DNA from: an uncultured Chloroflexia bacterium
GTDB taxonomy: Bacteria > Chloroflexota > Limnocylindria > Limnocylindrales > CSP1-4
Direction: 5' to 3'
DNA length: 64,000 bases
NCBI GenBank assembly: GCA_963720755.1
Contig: CAVRGP010000002.1
Coordinates: forward strand, 192,001-256,000
Part shown: one piece after another, positions 39,652-49,712 of the stretch
How the letters are laid out: the number at the start of each line of letters is the position of its first letter
How positions within the stretch are numbered: position 1 is the stretch's first letter
Program-made: the position numbers and the translations under genes
Notes under the pieces: model-generated
The model's database searches: none
What the model was told of the DNA's origin: nothing
What the model saw: only the letters and a program-made list of their open reading frames with translations

Positions 39652-40782
39652 CTAGCTCACTCTCGCCTCGCCGACCAGCGCCGGGGTTGTCGACCTGGTT
39701 CCGGCCTGTCGGCCGGCCAACCGCGTCGCGATCCCATCCACGATCTCGGCGGCGTCGGCACCGACGCCGCCCACAAGTGGAGACAGGAAGCCCGTTTGGA
39801 ACGGCAGCCCCACGAACGACAGTCCGGGTTCGCCCACGACCGCGCCTCGCTCGTGGCGCGGCAGCCCGCCCGGTCCGAGGATCGGCAGGTGGATCCAGTC
39901 GAAGGCGGGGCGGAACCCCGTGCACCAGATCACCGAGTCGATCTCGAGTACCCGTCCGTCGACCAGGACCGGCTGGCCATCCCGCAGACCTTCGACCCGC
40001 GCCACGCGCTCGACTCCGGCACGGTCCAGATCCGACGGCCGGACGCGGATGACCGGGGCGGAGCCGTGACTGCCCATCCGGTCACGCATCCGGCGCCCGA
40101 TCGGCGTGTTGAGCGTGAGCGCCCGCCGCGCGAAGGCGAAGAACGGGGCCCCGCCCCGGATGCGGGCGATCCGCGGCAGGAAGGTGCTAGGGCCGGCGAG
40201 ACTGACCCGACGACCGGCCTGGGCCAGCTCGAGGGCGATCTCCACGCCCGAGTTGCCGCCACCGACGACGAGGACCGAGGCGCCGGGCGCCGACCCTGGG
40301 TCGCGGTAGGCGAGACTGTGAAGCTGCCGGATGCCCGGGTCCAGCGTATCGGCGAACGGCGGCACGAAAGCCGCCGACAGGAAGCCGGTCGCCACAACCA
40401 CCTCGCTCGCCTCGAACCGTCGGTCGCCGGCGGCGAGCGCGAACGAGCCTGCGGAGCGGTCAAGGCTGTCGACCCGCACGCCAAGCGAGATCGGAGCCTG
40501 ATTGTGCGTGGCGTACGCGAGGAGGTAGTCGGCCATCTGGTCCTTGGTCGGCAAGCCCGCCGCGGGGAGCGGGAACGGCATCCCAGGCAATCCGTCGATC
40601 CCGGCCGGCGTGAAGAGACGCAGCGAGTCCCAGCGGTCACGCCACGTGTCGCCGACCTGGGCGCCGGCATCGAGGACCACGTGCTCGATGCCCGTCCTCG
40701 TCAGGTGGTGGGACGTCGCGAGGCCCGCCTGTCCGCCGCCGATCACGACCACGTCGTGCTGCTCCGTCATCGTCGACGTCAT
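39652..40782 (-). CDS. Flavin-containing monooxygenase (CzcO-like)
   Basis: GGGQAG, RWDSLRLFTP, GGGNSG, IWCTGF. Confidence 0.87.
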   Translation of the reverse strand: MTSTMTEQHDVVVIGGGQAGLATSHHLTRTGIEHVVLDAGAQVGDTWRDRWDSLRLFTPAGIDGLPGMPFPLPAAGLPTKDQMADYLLAYATHNQAPISLGVRVDSLDRSAGSFALAAGDRRFEASEVVVATGFLSAAFVPPFADTLDPGIRQLHSLAYRDPGSAPGASVLVVGGGNSGVEIALELAQAGRRVSLAGPSTFLPRIARIRGGAPFFAFARRALTLNTPIGRRMRDRMGSHGSAPVIRVRPSDLDRAGVERVARVEGLRDGQPVLVDGRVLEIDSVIWCTGFRPAFDWIHLPILGPGGLPRHERGAVVGEPGLSFVGLPFQTGFLSPLVGGVGADAAEIVDGIATRLAGRQAGTRSTTPALVGEARVS

Positions 40783-40783
40783 G

Positions 40784-41221
40784 TCAGTCGCCCTCCTTCG
40801 TCGCCGGTGCGTAGCCCAGTTGCTGGAACATCCCGAGCTGGTCGGCCACGCCCCAGTGCTCGGCGACGCGTCCGTCCTCGATCCGCGCCAGGTCGAACAC
40901 GTCGACCGACACACGCTGCCCGGTCGGGGCGAGACCGTTCACCGGCCCGGTGTTCGTGCCGGTCACCAGCATCCGCAGCCACACGCGGTCGCCCACCACG
41001 GCGAGGTCCTCGATCCGGAACTCGAGGTCGGACAGCCAGCCGTGGAGTCTGGACACGAACTCGTGAACGCCCGCGACGCCCTGCCCGTGGCCGCGCTGGT
41101 GCTCGATGCAGTCCGGGGCGATCAGTTCGTCGATGATCGTCCGATCGTTGTGGGCGAACCCCACCTCGATCAGCCGGTGCATCCGTTCCGCGACGTCGAT
41201 GGTGGTCGGTGGCTCGAGCAT
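40784..41221 (-). CDS. Ester cyclase / SnoaL-like protein
   Basis: GTNTG...PTG, EDGRVAEHWGVAD. Confidence 0.85.
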   Translation of the reverse strand: MLEPPTTIDVAERMHRLIEVGFAHNDRTIIDELIAPDCIEHQRGHGQGVAGVHEFVSRLHGWLSDLEFRIEDLAVVGDRVWLRMLVTGTNTGPVNGLAPTGQRVSVDVFDLARIEDGRVAEHWGVADQLGMFQQLGYAPATKEGD

Positions 41222-41257
41222 CTGGCACACTCCGTTCTGGGGTCCGTCTCCACATGA

Positions 41258-41293
41258 TAGAGTTCAACTCTAATCTAATAGAGCGGTACTATA
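41258..41293. promoter_or_regulatory. TetR operator palindromes in a divergent promoter
   Basis: Perfect TAGAGTT-C-AACTCTA (41258-41272) and degenerate TAGAGCGGTACTATA (41279-41293). Confidence 0.7.
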
Positions 41294-41298
41294 GCGAC

Positions 41299-41922
41299 AT
41301 GCCAGAGTCTGTCAACCCGAGGCCGTCACTTCGCGCCGAGCAGGCCGCGCTCACACGACGACGCATCGCGGACGCCGCTCGCCTGCTGTTCGTCCGCGAC
41401 GGCTACGGCGCGACCACCCTCCAGGCGATCGCCGACGAGGCCGGGGTCGCCGTGCAGACGGTGTACGCCGTGTTTCGCTCAAAGCCCGGCATCATGCGCG
41501 AATTGCGGGACTCGATCGTCTTCCAACCCGAAGCCGACGAGCGCTTCCGGGAGTCGATGGCGATCGGCGCGTCCGGCGACGCCGGAGCCGCCCTCGACGC
41601 GTTCGCGGCGTCGATCCGGATCCGCTGGGAGGTCGGGGCCGACGTCGTCCTGGTCGGTCGGGAGGCAGGATCGACCGACCCTGGGCTGCATGCCGAGGGG
41701 AACCAGCCGTACGAGCGACGACGCGGCGGCCTGCGCGCCCTGGTCGGGGCGATCGAGCCGAGTCTGCGGCCCGGCCTTGAGGCCGATGACGCGATAGCCG
41801 CGCTCGATGCGCTGACGCTGCCCGACGTGTATGTCGAGCTGGTCCGCGGGCTCGATTGGTCACCGGACGCCTACGAGGCCTGGCTCGCTCGTTCGCTCCG
41901 CCGATTGCTGCTGGCAGGCTAG
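41299..41922 (+). CDS. TetR-family regulator
   Basis: GYGATTLQAIADEAGVAVQTVYAVF.SK. Confidence 0.9.
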   Translation: MPESVNPRPSLRAEQAALTRRRIADAARLLFVRDGYGATTLQAIADEAGVAVQTVYAVFRSKPGIMRELRDSIVFQPEADERFRESMAIGASGDAGAALDAFAASIRIRWEVGADVVLVGREAGSTDPGLHAEGNQPYERRRGGLRALVGAIEPSLRPGLEADDAIAALDALTLPDVYVELVRGLDWSPDAYEAWLARSLRRLLLAG

Positions 41923-41941
41923 GGTCTGCCGCCCAGCGGCG

Positions 41942-42172
41942 CTAGTCGCTACTCGGCGGAACGCGAAACTCCACATGCCCGCAGGACGAGCAGGCGCGAA
42001 CCTCGAGGTCGAGCATCCCCTCCCCAAGCTCCGCCCACTCGCCGAACAGCAGCTTCCAGCCGCCGCTCGTCCCGCCAACGCGGAACGCCTCGATCCCCAT
42101 GGATCGGAGTGGACCGGCGCAGCGGAGACAGGCGTCCGCACCTGGCTGCTCGGCGGGTCCTGGTCCGCTCAT
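41942..42172 (-). CDS. Small zinc-ribbon-like hypothetical protein
   Basis: CLRC...CSSCGHVEF; GGAGG RBS. Confidence 0.65.
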   Translation of the reverse strand: MSGPGPAEQPGADACLRCAGPLRSMGIEAFRVGGTSGGWKLLFGEWAELGEGMLDLEVRACSSCGHVEFRVPPSSD

Positions 42173-42264
42173 ATCGCCTCCTTGGGCTCCTGGCCCTTCC
42201 ATCGGCCCCGATCACTGATCGGTGACGCAGCCTGCGGACTCGGACTAAGGTAGTCGAGCGCTGC

Positions 42265-42561
42265 GTGAGGACCAAGGATCAAATGCGGATGGCAGACCTC
42301 AAGCCCGGCTGGATGGTGGTCGGAAACGACGGGCATCGCGTGGGCACGGTCCGCGAGGTGGGTCAGAACTACCTCCTGGTCTCGACCGGGTTCATGAGCA
42401 ACATCTACGTTCCCGCGTCGGTCATCGCCAACGTCGAGCATGAGGTCGTGCACCTCTCGGTCGAGCAGGGCGTGGTGGCCGAGATGGGATGGGAACAGCC
42501 GCCGCGAGACGACGACGCCCCGGCGACGTCCCCTGAGACCGACCTGCATCGGCACGTCTGA
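42265..42561 (+). CDS. DUF2171/PRC-barrel-like protein
   Basis: VVGNDGHRVGTV, YVPASVI. Confidence 0.7.
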   Translation: MRTKDQMRMADLKPGWMVVGNDGHRVGTVREVGQNYLLVSTGFMSNIYVPASVIANVEHEVVHLSVEQGVVAEMGWEQPPRDDDAPATSPETDLHRHV

Positions 42562-42603
42562 CCCCTCGTCCTCGACGGATCCGGAGAGCACCTCCAGAAT
42601 GTC

Positions 42604-43686
42604 GTGGTGCGACCCGAGATCTCGTTCGCGACCTCCGCAGACGGCACGCGGATCGCATGGTCGCGTCACGGACATGGCCCCCTGCTTGTTCGCGTCGGGA
42701 CCTGGCTGACCAATCTCGAGCACGATTGGGCGAGCCCGGTCTGGAAGCATTGGCTCACCACGTTGGGCGAGCGCTTCACGGTCGTCCGCTATGACGACCG
42801 GGGGAGTGGCCTGTCCGACCGCTCGCCGGCCGACATCTCGTTCGACGCCTGGCTCGCCGACCTCGAGGCGGTGGTGGATGCCGCCAGACTCGATCGTTTC
42901 TCGCTGTTCGGCATGTCACAGGCGGGAGCCATTGCGATCGCATACGCACATGCGCATCCGGAACGGGTCGACAACGTGATCGTCCTCGGCGGCTACAGCC
43001 GCGGGGTTTTCGCCCGCGATCCGACCGAGAAGGACCGCGACGAGACAGAGCTGGCTTGGCAGATGATCAAGGTCGGGTGGGGCCGGGCCGACCCGGTCTA
43101 TCGTCGCGTCTTCACGACCGCATTCATCCCCGGGGCGACCGAGGCTCAGATGCGATCGTTCGACGAGTTACAGCGGCGGTCGATGACGCCGGACATGGCG
43201 CTCGCGAGCAGCCGCGCTCGCTCGACGGTCGACGTCACCTCCGCCGCGCTGGCGTTGACCGCCCGAACCCTCGTCCTTCATGCCGATGGCGACATGGCCG
43301 TTCCGTTCGAAGAAGGACGCGTCCTCGCCGGGCAGATCCCGGGCGCCCGATTTGTCCCGCTCCATGGCCGGAATCACATCCTGCTCGCGGACGAGCCGGC
43401 CTGGTTCGAGTTCTTGGACGAGTTGACGGCGTTCGTTGGCGAGGTTGCGCCAGCAGATCAGCTGCGGGCCACGGCCCCGCTCACGACGCGCGAGCTCGAC
43501 GTGCTGCGACTCGTCGCCGACGGGTGCAGCAATGACGAGATCGCGACGCGACTTACCGTCAGCACGAGGACCGTGGAGCGTCATCTCTCGAACATCTACG
43601 TCAAGCTCTCGCTGTCGGGCAAGTCCGCCCGGGCAGGAGCTGCAGCTCGGCTCCCGGAGCTCGCGTACCCGCGCGGCCTGAGCTGA
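42604..43686 (+). CDS. Alpha/beta hydrolase - LuxR HTH fusion regulator
   Basis: YDDRGSGLS, GMSQAG, LTTRELDVL...TVERHLSNIY.KL. Confidence 0.88.
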   Translation: MVRPEISFATSADGTRIAWSRHGHGPLLVRVGTWLTNLEHDWASPVWKHWLTTLGERFTVVRYDDRGSGLSDRSPADISFDAWLADLEAVVDAARLDRFSLFGMSQAGAIAIAYAHAHPERVDNVIVLGGYSRGVFARDPTEKDRDETELAWQMIKVGWGRADPVYRRVFTTAFIPGATEAQMRSFDELQRRSMTPDMALASSRARSTVDVTSAALALTARTLVLHADGDMAVPFEEGRVLAGQIPGARFVPLHGRNHILLADEPAWFEFLDELTAFVGEVAPADQLRATAPLTTRELDVLRLVADGCSNDEIATRLTVSTRTVERHLSNIYVKLSLSGKSARAGAAARLPELAYPRGLS

Positions 43687-43830
43687 CGTCCGCCTTCTCC
43701 GTATGGGTGGCACCCGGCATGAGACGGTCACCGCGGCACAACCCTCCTGCGCGTTACCACGGATGCGGGCCGGCGCTCGTGGACCGTACGGTGATGGCCT
43801 AACCAACCCGTCCCAGGAAGGAACCACCAC

Positions 43831-44061
43831 ATGCCGTTCATCAACGTCAAGATCATCGAGGGCGTGTTCACGCCGCCCCAGAAGCAGGAGATCATCCGCA
43901 AGCTGACCGACACGATGGTCGGGATCGAGGGCGAGAACATGCGCCCGGTCACCGTCTGCGTGGTCGAAGAAGTCGCCAGCGGCGACTGGGGCATCGGCGG
44001 GCAGCCCTACACGACGGAAGACGTCCTCGAACTCGCTCGTCGAGCGCCTGTCGTCGCGTAA
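43831..44061 (+). CDS. 4-oxalocrotonate tautomerase family protein
   Basis: N-terminal Pro (MPFINVK), WGIGG. Confidence 0.88.
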   Translation: MPFINVKIIEGVFTPPQKQEIIRKLTDTMVGIEGENMRPVTVCVVEEVASGDWGIGGQPYTTEDVLELARRAPVVA

Positions 44062-44189
44062 TCTGCGGCGAGAACGGCGGAGGCGAGACCGAAGCGCTCG
44101 CCAGCCAATGAATGTTGCGCTCGTGCTGTCTCAGCGCGGGCGCAACGTCGCGACGCTCCACGACCCAGATGTACCGGAAGGAACCTCCC

Positions 44190-45128
44190 ATGCCAGGTGG
44201 CGCGCCCAGCACATCGGCCACGGGATATCGAGCGGTCGAGTTCACGTCGGATGGGGCTACCTTGCGGGGACGGCTGTATCCGCCTGGCGATCGCCCAGCC
44301 CCTGTCGTTGTCATGGCGCACGGCTTCTCGGCGACGATCCCGATGAGCATGGACAAATATGCCGAGCGCTTCCAGGAGCAGGGTCTGACTGTGCTCGCCT
44401 TCGACCATCGGGGTCACGGGATGAGCGACGGCGATCCGCGGGGCGAGATCAATGTCTGGGTGCAGGCGCGTGGGTATATGGATGCCATCGGATTCCTGCG
44501 CGCATCCGGGACGATCGGGAAGTCTCCGATCGCGCTGTGGAGCGACAGCCTCAGCGCGAGAGCCGCGCTTGGTGTTGCCGCGCTCGACGATCGGGTCGAC
44601 GCCCTCGTCTGCCAGGTGCCGGCGTTCGGAGACGAAGTTCGCGCCGGCGATTCGGACACCACTCGCCTCGACGCGATGCGCGGATTCCTGACGGCCGGTC
44701 ATACCCGCCGTCCGGTTGAAACGTGGGTGGCGTCGTCGGTCGTCTCGCCGGATCAGGCGGCGAGCCCGTCCGCCCTCGAGCCGCTGAGCGCGTATCGGTG
44801 GTTCATCGAATACGGCGGCCGCTACGGGAGCGGATGGACGAACCGTGTGGTCTTCACCGCACCGAGCGAGTCACCGGACTTCGATCCCTTCGCCTGCGCC
44901 CCTCGGGTGCGCGTTCCGACTCTGTTCGCGATGTCGCCGGATGACGAGATGCCAGGAGCGAATAGCGACGTGGCGCGAGCGGTGTTCGCGTGCCTATCAG
45001 GTCCCAAGGAACTGGTCGACGTGGACGGAGGACACTTCGGCATCATCGAGCACCCGAGCGTCGCGTTCGAGCGGGCCAGCGATGCCCAGGCTGCCTGGCT
45101 GGCGGGGACGCTTGGAGCGGGCTCGTGA
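44190..45128 (+). CDS. Alpha/beta fold hydrolase
   Basis: MAHGFS, FDHRGHGMSDG, nucleophile elbow WSDSLS, GGHF. Confidence 0.8.
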   Translation: MPGGAPSTSATGYRAVEFTSDGATLRGRLYPPGDRPAPVVVMAHGFSATIPMSMDKYAERFQEQGLTVLAFDHRGHGMSDGDPRGEINVWVQARGYMDAIGFLRASGTIGKSPIALWSDSLSARAALGVAALDDRVDALVCQVPAFGDEVRAGDSDTTRLDAMRGFLTAGHTRRPVETWVASSVVSPDQAASPSALEPLSAYRWFIEYGGRYGSGWTNRVVFTAPSESPDFDPFACAPRVRVPTLFAMSPDDEMPGANSDVARAVFACLSGPKELVDVDGGHFGIIEHPSVAFERASDAQAAWLAGTLGAGS

Positions 45129-46360
45129 CCCGGTCCATGGAGCAGGTCGAGACATTGGTCGTCGGAGGTGGACAAGCGGGCTTGGCGGTGAGTCATGAGC
45201 TCGCCCGCCACGGCGTCGAGCACCTCGTTGTCGAACGAGGCCAGGTCGGCCAATCCTGGCGCGACCGATGGGACAGTTTCTGCCTCGTGACACCGAACTG
45301 GTCGGTCCAGCTGCCGGACGGCGCGTACGACGGGAACGATCCGGATGGCTACATGCCCCGGGATGAGATCGTGGAGTACCTCCGGCGCTACGCGTCCCGA
45401 TCCGGCCTCCCGATCCGGGAGGGGGTGGACGTCGGGTCGCTCGAGGCGTTGCCAGCTGGAGACTTCGCCGCCCGGACCTCGGCCGGTGACCTGCGTGCGC
45501 GTCGCGTCGTCGTGGCCACCGGCGCCTACCAGCGCTCATATCGACCCGCGGGTTCCGAGTCCCTTCCCGCGACCCTCCTGCGGATCGATCTGCGCGACTA
45601 CCACACGCCGGCTGCCCTCCCCCCTGGGCGCGTCCTGATCGTCGGCAGCGGCCAATCCGGCTGCCAGTTGGCGGAGGAGTTGCACCAGGCCGGTCGTGAG
45701 GTCGTCCTCGCGTGCGGCAAGGCTCCGTGGGCGCCGCGGATGATCGGCGGCCGCGACATGTACTGGTGGGCCGAGAAGTCGGGTTTCCTGGACGGCACGG
45801 TCGCGTCGCTGCCATCCCCCAACGCCCGCCTTGGCGCGAACGTCCTGGCCACCGGCCACGGCGAGCCTCACGACCTGGACCTTCGGACGCTTCGCGCCCT
45901 CGGGATCACGCTCGTGGGTCATTTCCTGGGATCCGATGACGAGGAGGCGCGGTTCGCCCCGGATCTCGCGGAATCGGTGGCCTGGGGCGATGCCCGGTAC
46001 CGCGAGCTCGCGCAGATCTTCCGCAAGACGGCGACGGAGATCGGACTGCCGCAACCCGTGTTGCCCGACCCTCAGCCGTTCGACGGGCAGGCCCCCGAAG
46101 TGGTCTCACTGGCGGGGTTCGGCGTTGTCATCTTCGCGGGCGGCTTCCGACCTGACTACCGCTCCTGGATGCCGTGGCCGGCCGCCTTCGACGAGCTCGG
46201 GTTCCCTGTCCAGGTCGATGGCGCCAGCACGGTCGTCGACGGGCTCTACTTCGTGGGCGTCCCGTTCATGCGGACGCGCAAGTCGCCGCTCCTCCTCGGC
46301 GTCGCCGACGATGCAGCGGTCGTGGCCCGAGCGATCGCCGGCCACGCGACCGGGCGGTAG
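45125..46360 (+). CDS. Flavin-containing monooxygenase / NAD(P)/FAD oxidoreductase
   Basis: GGGQAG, RWDSFCLVTPNW, GSGQSGCQLAEEL. Confidence 0.87.
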   Translation: MTRSMEQVETLVVGGGQAGLAVSHELARHGVEHLVVERGQVGQSWRDRWDSFCLVTPNWSVQLPDGAYDGNDPDGYMPRDEIVEYLRRYASRSGLPIREGVDVGSLEALPAGDFAARTSAGDLRARRVVVATGAYQRSYRPAGSESLPATLLRIDLRDYHTPAALPPGRVLIVGSGQSGCQLAEELHQAGREVVLACGKAPWAPRMIGGRDMYWWAEKSGFLDGTVASLPSPNARLGANVLATGHGEPHDLDLRTLRALGITLVGHFLGSDDEEARFAPDLAESVAWGDARYRELAQIFRKTATEIGLPQPVLPDPQPFDGQAPEVVSLAGFGVVIFAGGFRPDYRSWMPWPAAFDELGFPVQVDGASTVVDGLYFVGVPFMRTRKSPLLLGVADDAAVVARAIAGHATGR

Positions 46361-46406
46361 GCGCCGGCGCGGAGGGATGGCTCGTGGTCGCGGGGCTTGA
46401 GCCGCA

Positions 46407-47081
46407 CTAAGGACTTTGGGACCCACGCACCCTCTCGAGCGCGTCGAGGATCAGGTCGAGCCCGTACCCGAATTCGTTGCCGAAGTCATAGCCGGGCTGC
46501 ATGGCGTGCTCGATCATCGCCACGAGGTTCGGGAAGGCGCCGGGCTCGAACGGCCGGACCATGCTCTGCGCGACAGCCGCAGCCTCGTCCGCGGTCCCGA
46601 ACGGCATGTTCATGTGCGTGAGCGCGAAGCCGTAGATGTAGCCGTCCAGGAGCGCGTATGCGTGGGCGGCCATGGTCATGTCGAAGCCCCCCGCCAGAAG
46701 GCTGCCGATCACCGCATCGTGGTGCCGCAGGTTCGCCGGACCTGGATTGCCCCGCGACTCCATCATGCCGATCGCCCATCGGTGACGGGCCATGGCGTCG
46801 CGGACCGAGACCGCCCGCCGGCGCATCGCCGTCTTCCAGTCGGAGCCGGCCGCTGGCAGGTCGATCTCGCCGAAAACGCGATCGACCATGCCATCGAGGA
46901 CCCGTTCCTTGTTGGCGAAGTGGTAGTAGATGGCCATCGCCTCGACCCCGAGTTCGAGGCCGAGCTTGCGCATGCTGAGTGACTCGAGCCCACCCTGATC
47001 GGCGAGCTTGATGGCGGCGCCCAGCACCCGCTCCCGGGTCAGGGGTTCGCGCTGCGCCCGCTCGGTCGACTCCGTAGTCAT
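46407..47081 (-). CDS. TetR-family regulator (TetR_C type)
   Basis: LSMRKLG.ELGVEAMAIYYHF.NK, LLDGYIYGF, FGYGLDLIL. Confidence 0.9.
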   Translation of the reverse strand: MTTESTERAQREPLTRERVLGAAIKLADQGGLESLSMRKLGLELGVEAMAIYYHFANKERVLDGMVDRVFGEIDLPAAGSDWKTAMRRRAVSVRDAMARHRWAIGMMESRGNPGPANLRHHDAVIGSLLAGGFDMTMAAHAYALLDGYIYGFALTHMNMPFGTADEAAAVAQSMVRPFEPGAFPNLVAMIEHAMQPGYDFGNEFGYGLDLILDALERVRGSQSP

Positions 47082-47118
47082 TGGCTCCTCTCTGCCTCGG
47101 TGGGACGTGCCACCGGGG

Positions 47119-47174
47119 TTGACACTGCGCACTTTACATCGTACAGTCCCGCTAGCAACTTTACACCGTATAGT
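47119..47174 (+). promoter_or_regulatory. Sigma70 promoter with two overlapping TetR operators
   Basis: TTGACA(47119)-17 bp-TACAGT(47142); ACTnTACnnnGTAnAGT at 47131-47147 and 47158-47174. Confidence 0.75.
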
Positions 47175-47193
47175 CGCAACAGGAGATCCACCG

Positions 47194-48213
47194 ATGAAAG
47201 CGATCGTTCAGGACCGGTATGGCGCAGCAGAGGTCCTGGACCTCGCCGACATCGACAAGCCCGAGATCGGGGACAGTGAGGTCCTGGTCCGCGTTCACGC
47301 GGCGTCGATCCATGTCGGTGACCTGGTCGTCATGATGGGCTCGCCGTACCTCATGCGGATGGTGACCGGACTTCGCCGACCGAAATACCGCGTTCCGGGG
47401 ACGGATATCGCGGGGACGGTCGAGGCGGTCGGCAAGGACGTCAAGGGGCTGCAGATCGGTGACGACGTGTTCGGGTGGTGCACGGGTGCCTTTGCCGAGT
47501 ACGTGACGGCAAGCGAGGACCAGTTCGTCCGCAAGCCAGCCAGCCTCACCTTCGAGCAGGCTGCCGCCATCGGAGTGTCCGCCACCGCTGCCCTCCAGCT
47601 CCTGCGCGACGACGGACACCTCCAGTCCGGGCAGAAGGTCCTCATCAACGGGGCGTCCGGCGGCGTGGGCACGTTCGCGGTGCAGATCGCCAAGGCGTTC
47701 GGCGCCGAGGTGACCGGCGTATGCAGCACGAAGAACGTGGAACTGGTCCGGTCGATCGGGGCCGACCACGTCATCGACTACACCAGGGATGACTTCAGGA
47801 GTGGTGGACCGCGCTACGATCTCATCCTCGACAACGTGGGCGACCACTCGATGTCGGTGACGAGGCGAGCGCTCACCGCCGATGGGACGCTGCTCTCCAA
47901 CGGCGGCGCACACTCGGGCGGCAAGCTCGGGCGCGTGATCCGGACCGGCATCGTTTCCATGTTCGTTCGCCAGCAGGGAAAACCGACCGTCAAGTTCCAG
48001 AACCGAGCCGACCTCGTCGCCCTGAAGGAGCTCGTCGAAGCCGGGAAGGTCACGCCCGTCCTCGACGCGACATACCCACTGTCTGAGACCCCCGAAGCGA
48101 TGGGCCATGTCGGAGCGGGGCATGCCCGGGGCACGGTCGTCGTTTCCGTCGCCCGGCCATCCGATGATGTCGTTGCACCAGCGAGCACGACGGCGCCGGC
48201 GATCGCGTCATGA
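47194..48213 (+). CDS. NAD(P)-dependent MDR oxidoreductase (zinc-independent type)
   Basis: MKAIVQDRYG, NGASGGVG, GADHVIDY; GGAG RBS. Confidence 0.9.
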   Translation: MKAIVQDRYGAAEVLDLADIDKPEIGDSEVLVRVHAASIHVGDLVVMMGSPYLMRMVTGLRRPKYRVPGTDIAGTVEAVGKDVKGLQIGDDVFGWCTGAFAEYVTASEDQFVRKPASLTFEQAAAIGVSATAALQLLRDDGHLQSGQKVLINGASGGVGTFAVQIAKAFGAEVTGVCSTKNVELVRSIGADHVIDYTRDDFRSGGPRYDLILDNVGDHSMSVTRRALTADGTLLSNGGAHSGGKLGRVIRTGIVSMFVRQQGKPTVKFQNRADLVALKELVEAGKVTPVLDATYPLSETPEAMGHVGAGHARGTVVVSVARPSDDVVAPASTTAPAIAS

Positions 48214-48242
48214 GGGGCAACAAGTCCGGGGAGGATCCATCC

Positions 48243-48407
48243 GTGCGCGACAAGCGATTGAGCCAGGGGGCGTGCATCGCCCTCGGTGCTGGGATCGGCG
48301 CCGCAATCGGGAACGCTATTGGCAACGTCGGCGTTGGCATCGCCGTGGGTATCGCCCTCGGTGCTGCCATCGGAGCCAAGTTGCCGACGTCAGGAGGCGG
48401 CAGCTAG
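48243..48407 (+). CDS. Glycine-zipper membrane microprotein, copy 1
   Basis: GGAGGA RBS then GTG; GxxxG repeats; near-identical paralog at 54345. Confidence 0.65.
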   Translation: MRDKRLSQGACIALGAGIGAAIGNAIGNVGVGIAVGIALGAAIGAKLPTSGGGS

Positions 48408-48451
48408 CGGCGTGCCGCACGACGTGATGGCCGGATAGGTCGCTCGCTGGA

Positions 48452-48531
48452 CGGGCCGGCGCTGGTGGCTACGGTCTTCGGCTCAGTGTCGGGCCGGCGC
48501 TGGTGGCTACGGTCTTCGGCTCAGTCGGGCC
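48452..48531. repeat. 38-bp-period tandem duplication
   Basis: CGGGCCGGCGCTGGTGGCTACGGTCTTCGGCTCAGT at 48452 and 48490. Confidence 0.9.
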
Positions 48532-49417
48532 TGACGCTGATCACGACGTTGCCCTTCTTGTGGCCCCGCTCGACGTACTCGTGCGCTTCGCGAATGGCCT
48601 CGAGCGGGTAGGTCCGATCGATCACGGCTCGTAGCGAATGCGCCTCGAGGAGATCCCGGATGTACCAGAGGTCGGCCAGGTTCTCGGTGGTGCTTGAGCG
48701 AACCGATACGAAGCGACCCCCTGGAGCGAGCAGGCGCTTGGCGCGACCCGCCGGCCCCTTGCCGACGGCATCGACGATCACGTCGAACCGGCCAGCGTCC
48801 GCGGCAACATCGTCATGTGTGTAGTCGATCACTCGCTCCGCCCCTAGCGACCGCACCAGTTCCACGTTGGCGGTGCTGGACACGCCGGTGACGCGGGCGC
48901 CGAGCTGCGCGCCGAGTTGAACCGCATAACTGCCGACGCTTCCGGACGCTCCGTAGACGAGTATCCGCCGTCCCGCACCCTCGTCGGCGCCGCCACGACG
49001 GAGCAAGGTCAGCGCGGTCAACGACCCGATCGGGATCGGCGCGACTTCCTCGTAACGCAAGCCATTCGGGATCTCGGCGATGACCCCATCCCCCGGAACG
49101 CAGATGGCCTCGGCGTACGCCCCGGATGTCAGTCCCGTCGTCGTGCCGAAGACTCGGTCGCCGGGCCGGTAGTGGGATTCGTTCGCGCCGATGGCCGCGA
49201 CGACCCCGGCGTACTCGTGGCCCAGCACGCGCTTACGACGGATCCCGAACAGGCGCGCGAGTAATGTCGGCAGCTTGCGCAGAACGACGTCGCCCTGGGT
49301 CACTGTCGTCGCGTGGATTCGAACGAGCAACTCGCCCGGCTCCGGCGTCGGGTCCGGCACGTCGCGGAGGACCAGCCCACTCGTGGGGCCGGTTCGCTCA
49401 AGCACAACTGCTCGCAC
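48521..49417 (-). CDS. NAD(P)-dependent MDR oxidoreductase
   Basis: LGHEYAG, YGASGSVG, VIDRTYPL, GHKKGNVVI. Confidence 0.88.
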   Translation of the reverse strand: MRAVVLERTGPTSGLVLRDVPDPTPEPGELLVRIHATTVTQGDVVLRKLPTLLARLFGIRRKRVLGHEYAGVVAAIGANESHYRPGDRVFGTTTGLTSGAYAEAICVPGDGVIAEIPNGLRYEEVAPIPIGSLTALTLLRRGGADEGAGRRILVYGASGSVGSYAVQLGAQLGARVTGVSSTANVELVRSLGAERVIDYTHDDVAADAGRFDVIVDAVGKGPAGRAKRLLAPGGRFVSVRSSTTENLADLWYIRDLLEAHSLRAVIDRTYPLEAIREAHEYVERGHKKGNVVISVRPD

Positions 49418-49614
49418 GATCAATAGCCCTGCGCGCGGGAGATGACATCGGGGGGCCTGTCGGTCGGCATCGCCGGGAGGACGACGGGCGCCAGGCGCTT
49501 GATCGGATATAGGCTCGAATGAGTAGGGGTATCCATGGACGCCTCCACCTCCTGCCGGCGTTGGAACGTGCTTGCACGGACCGCAACCGTGCCCAACGCG
49601 CTAGGTGGAGGTCG

Positions 49615-49630
49615 TCATCCCTTCGGGTGA
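49615..49630. promoter_or_regulatory. Palindromic operator, copy A
   Basis: TCATCCCTTCGGGTGA, 14/16 identical to 50526-50541. Confidence 0.55.
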
Positions 49631-49712
49631 TTCAGGTCAGCCTGGCGCTCGATCCTGGACTTCGATGGTGGCGGGGTGGACATCCCTGGCCGGTGTTCCT
49701 ACCCTTGTATAG

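Noticed and set aside
43704-43765. Two weakly similar 18-mers 44 bp apart upstream of the tautomerase gene (possible LuxR sites)
   Set aside because: Only 11/18 identity; not distinguishable from chance in GC-rich sequence without a motif scan.
39652-46360. Secondary-metabolite biosynthetic cluster (monooxygenases, ester cyclase, tautomerase, hydrolases)
   Set aside because: No core synthase or precursor peptide; the genes form small independent regulator-enzyme units typical of detoxification islands.
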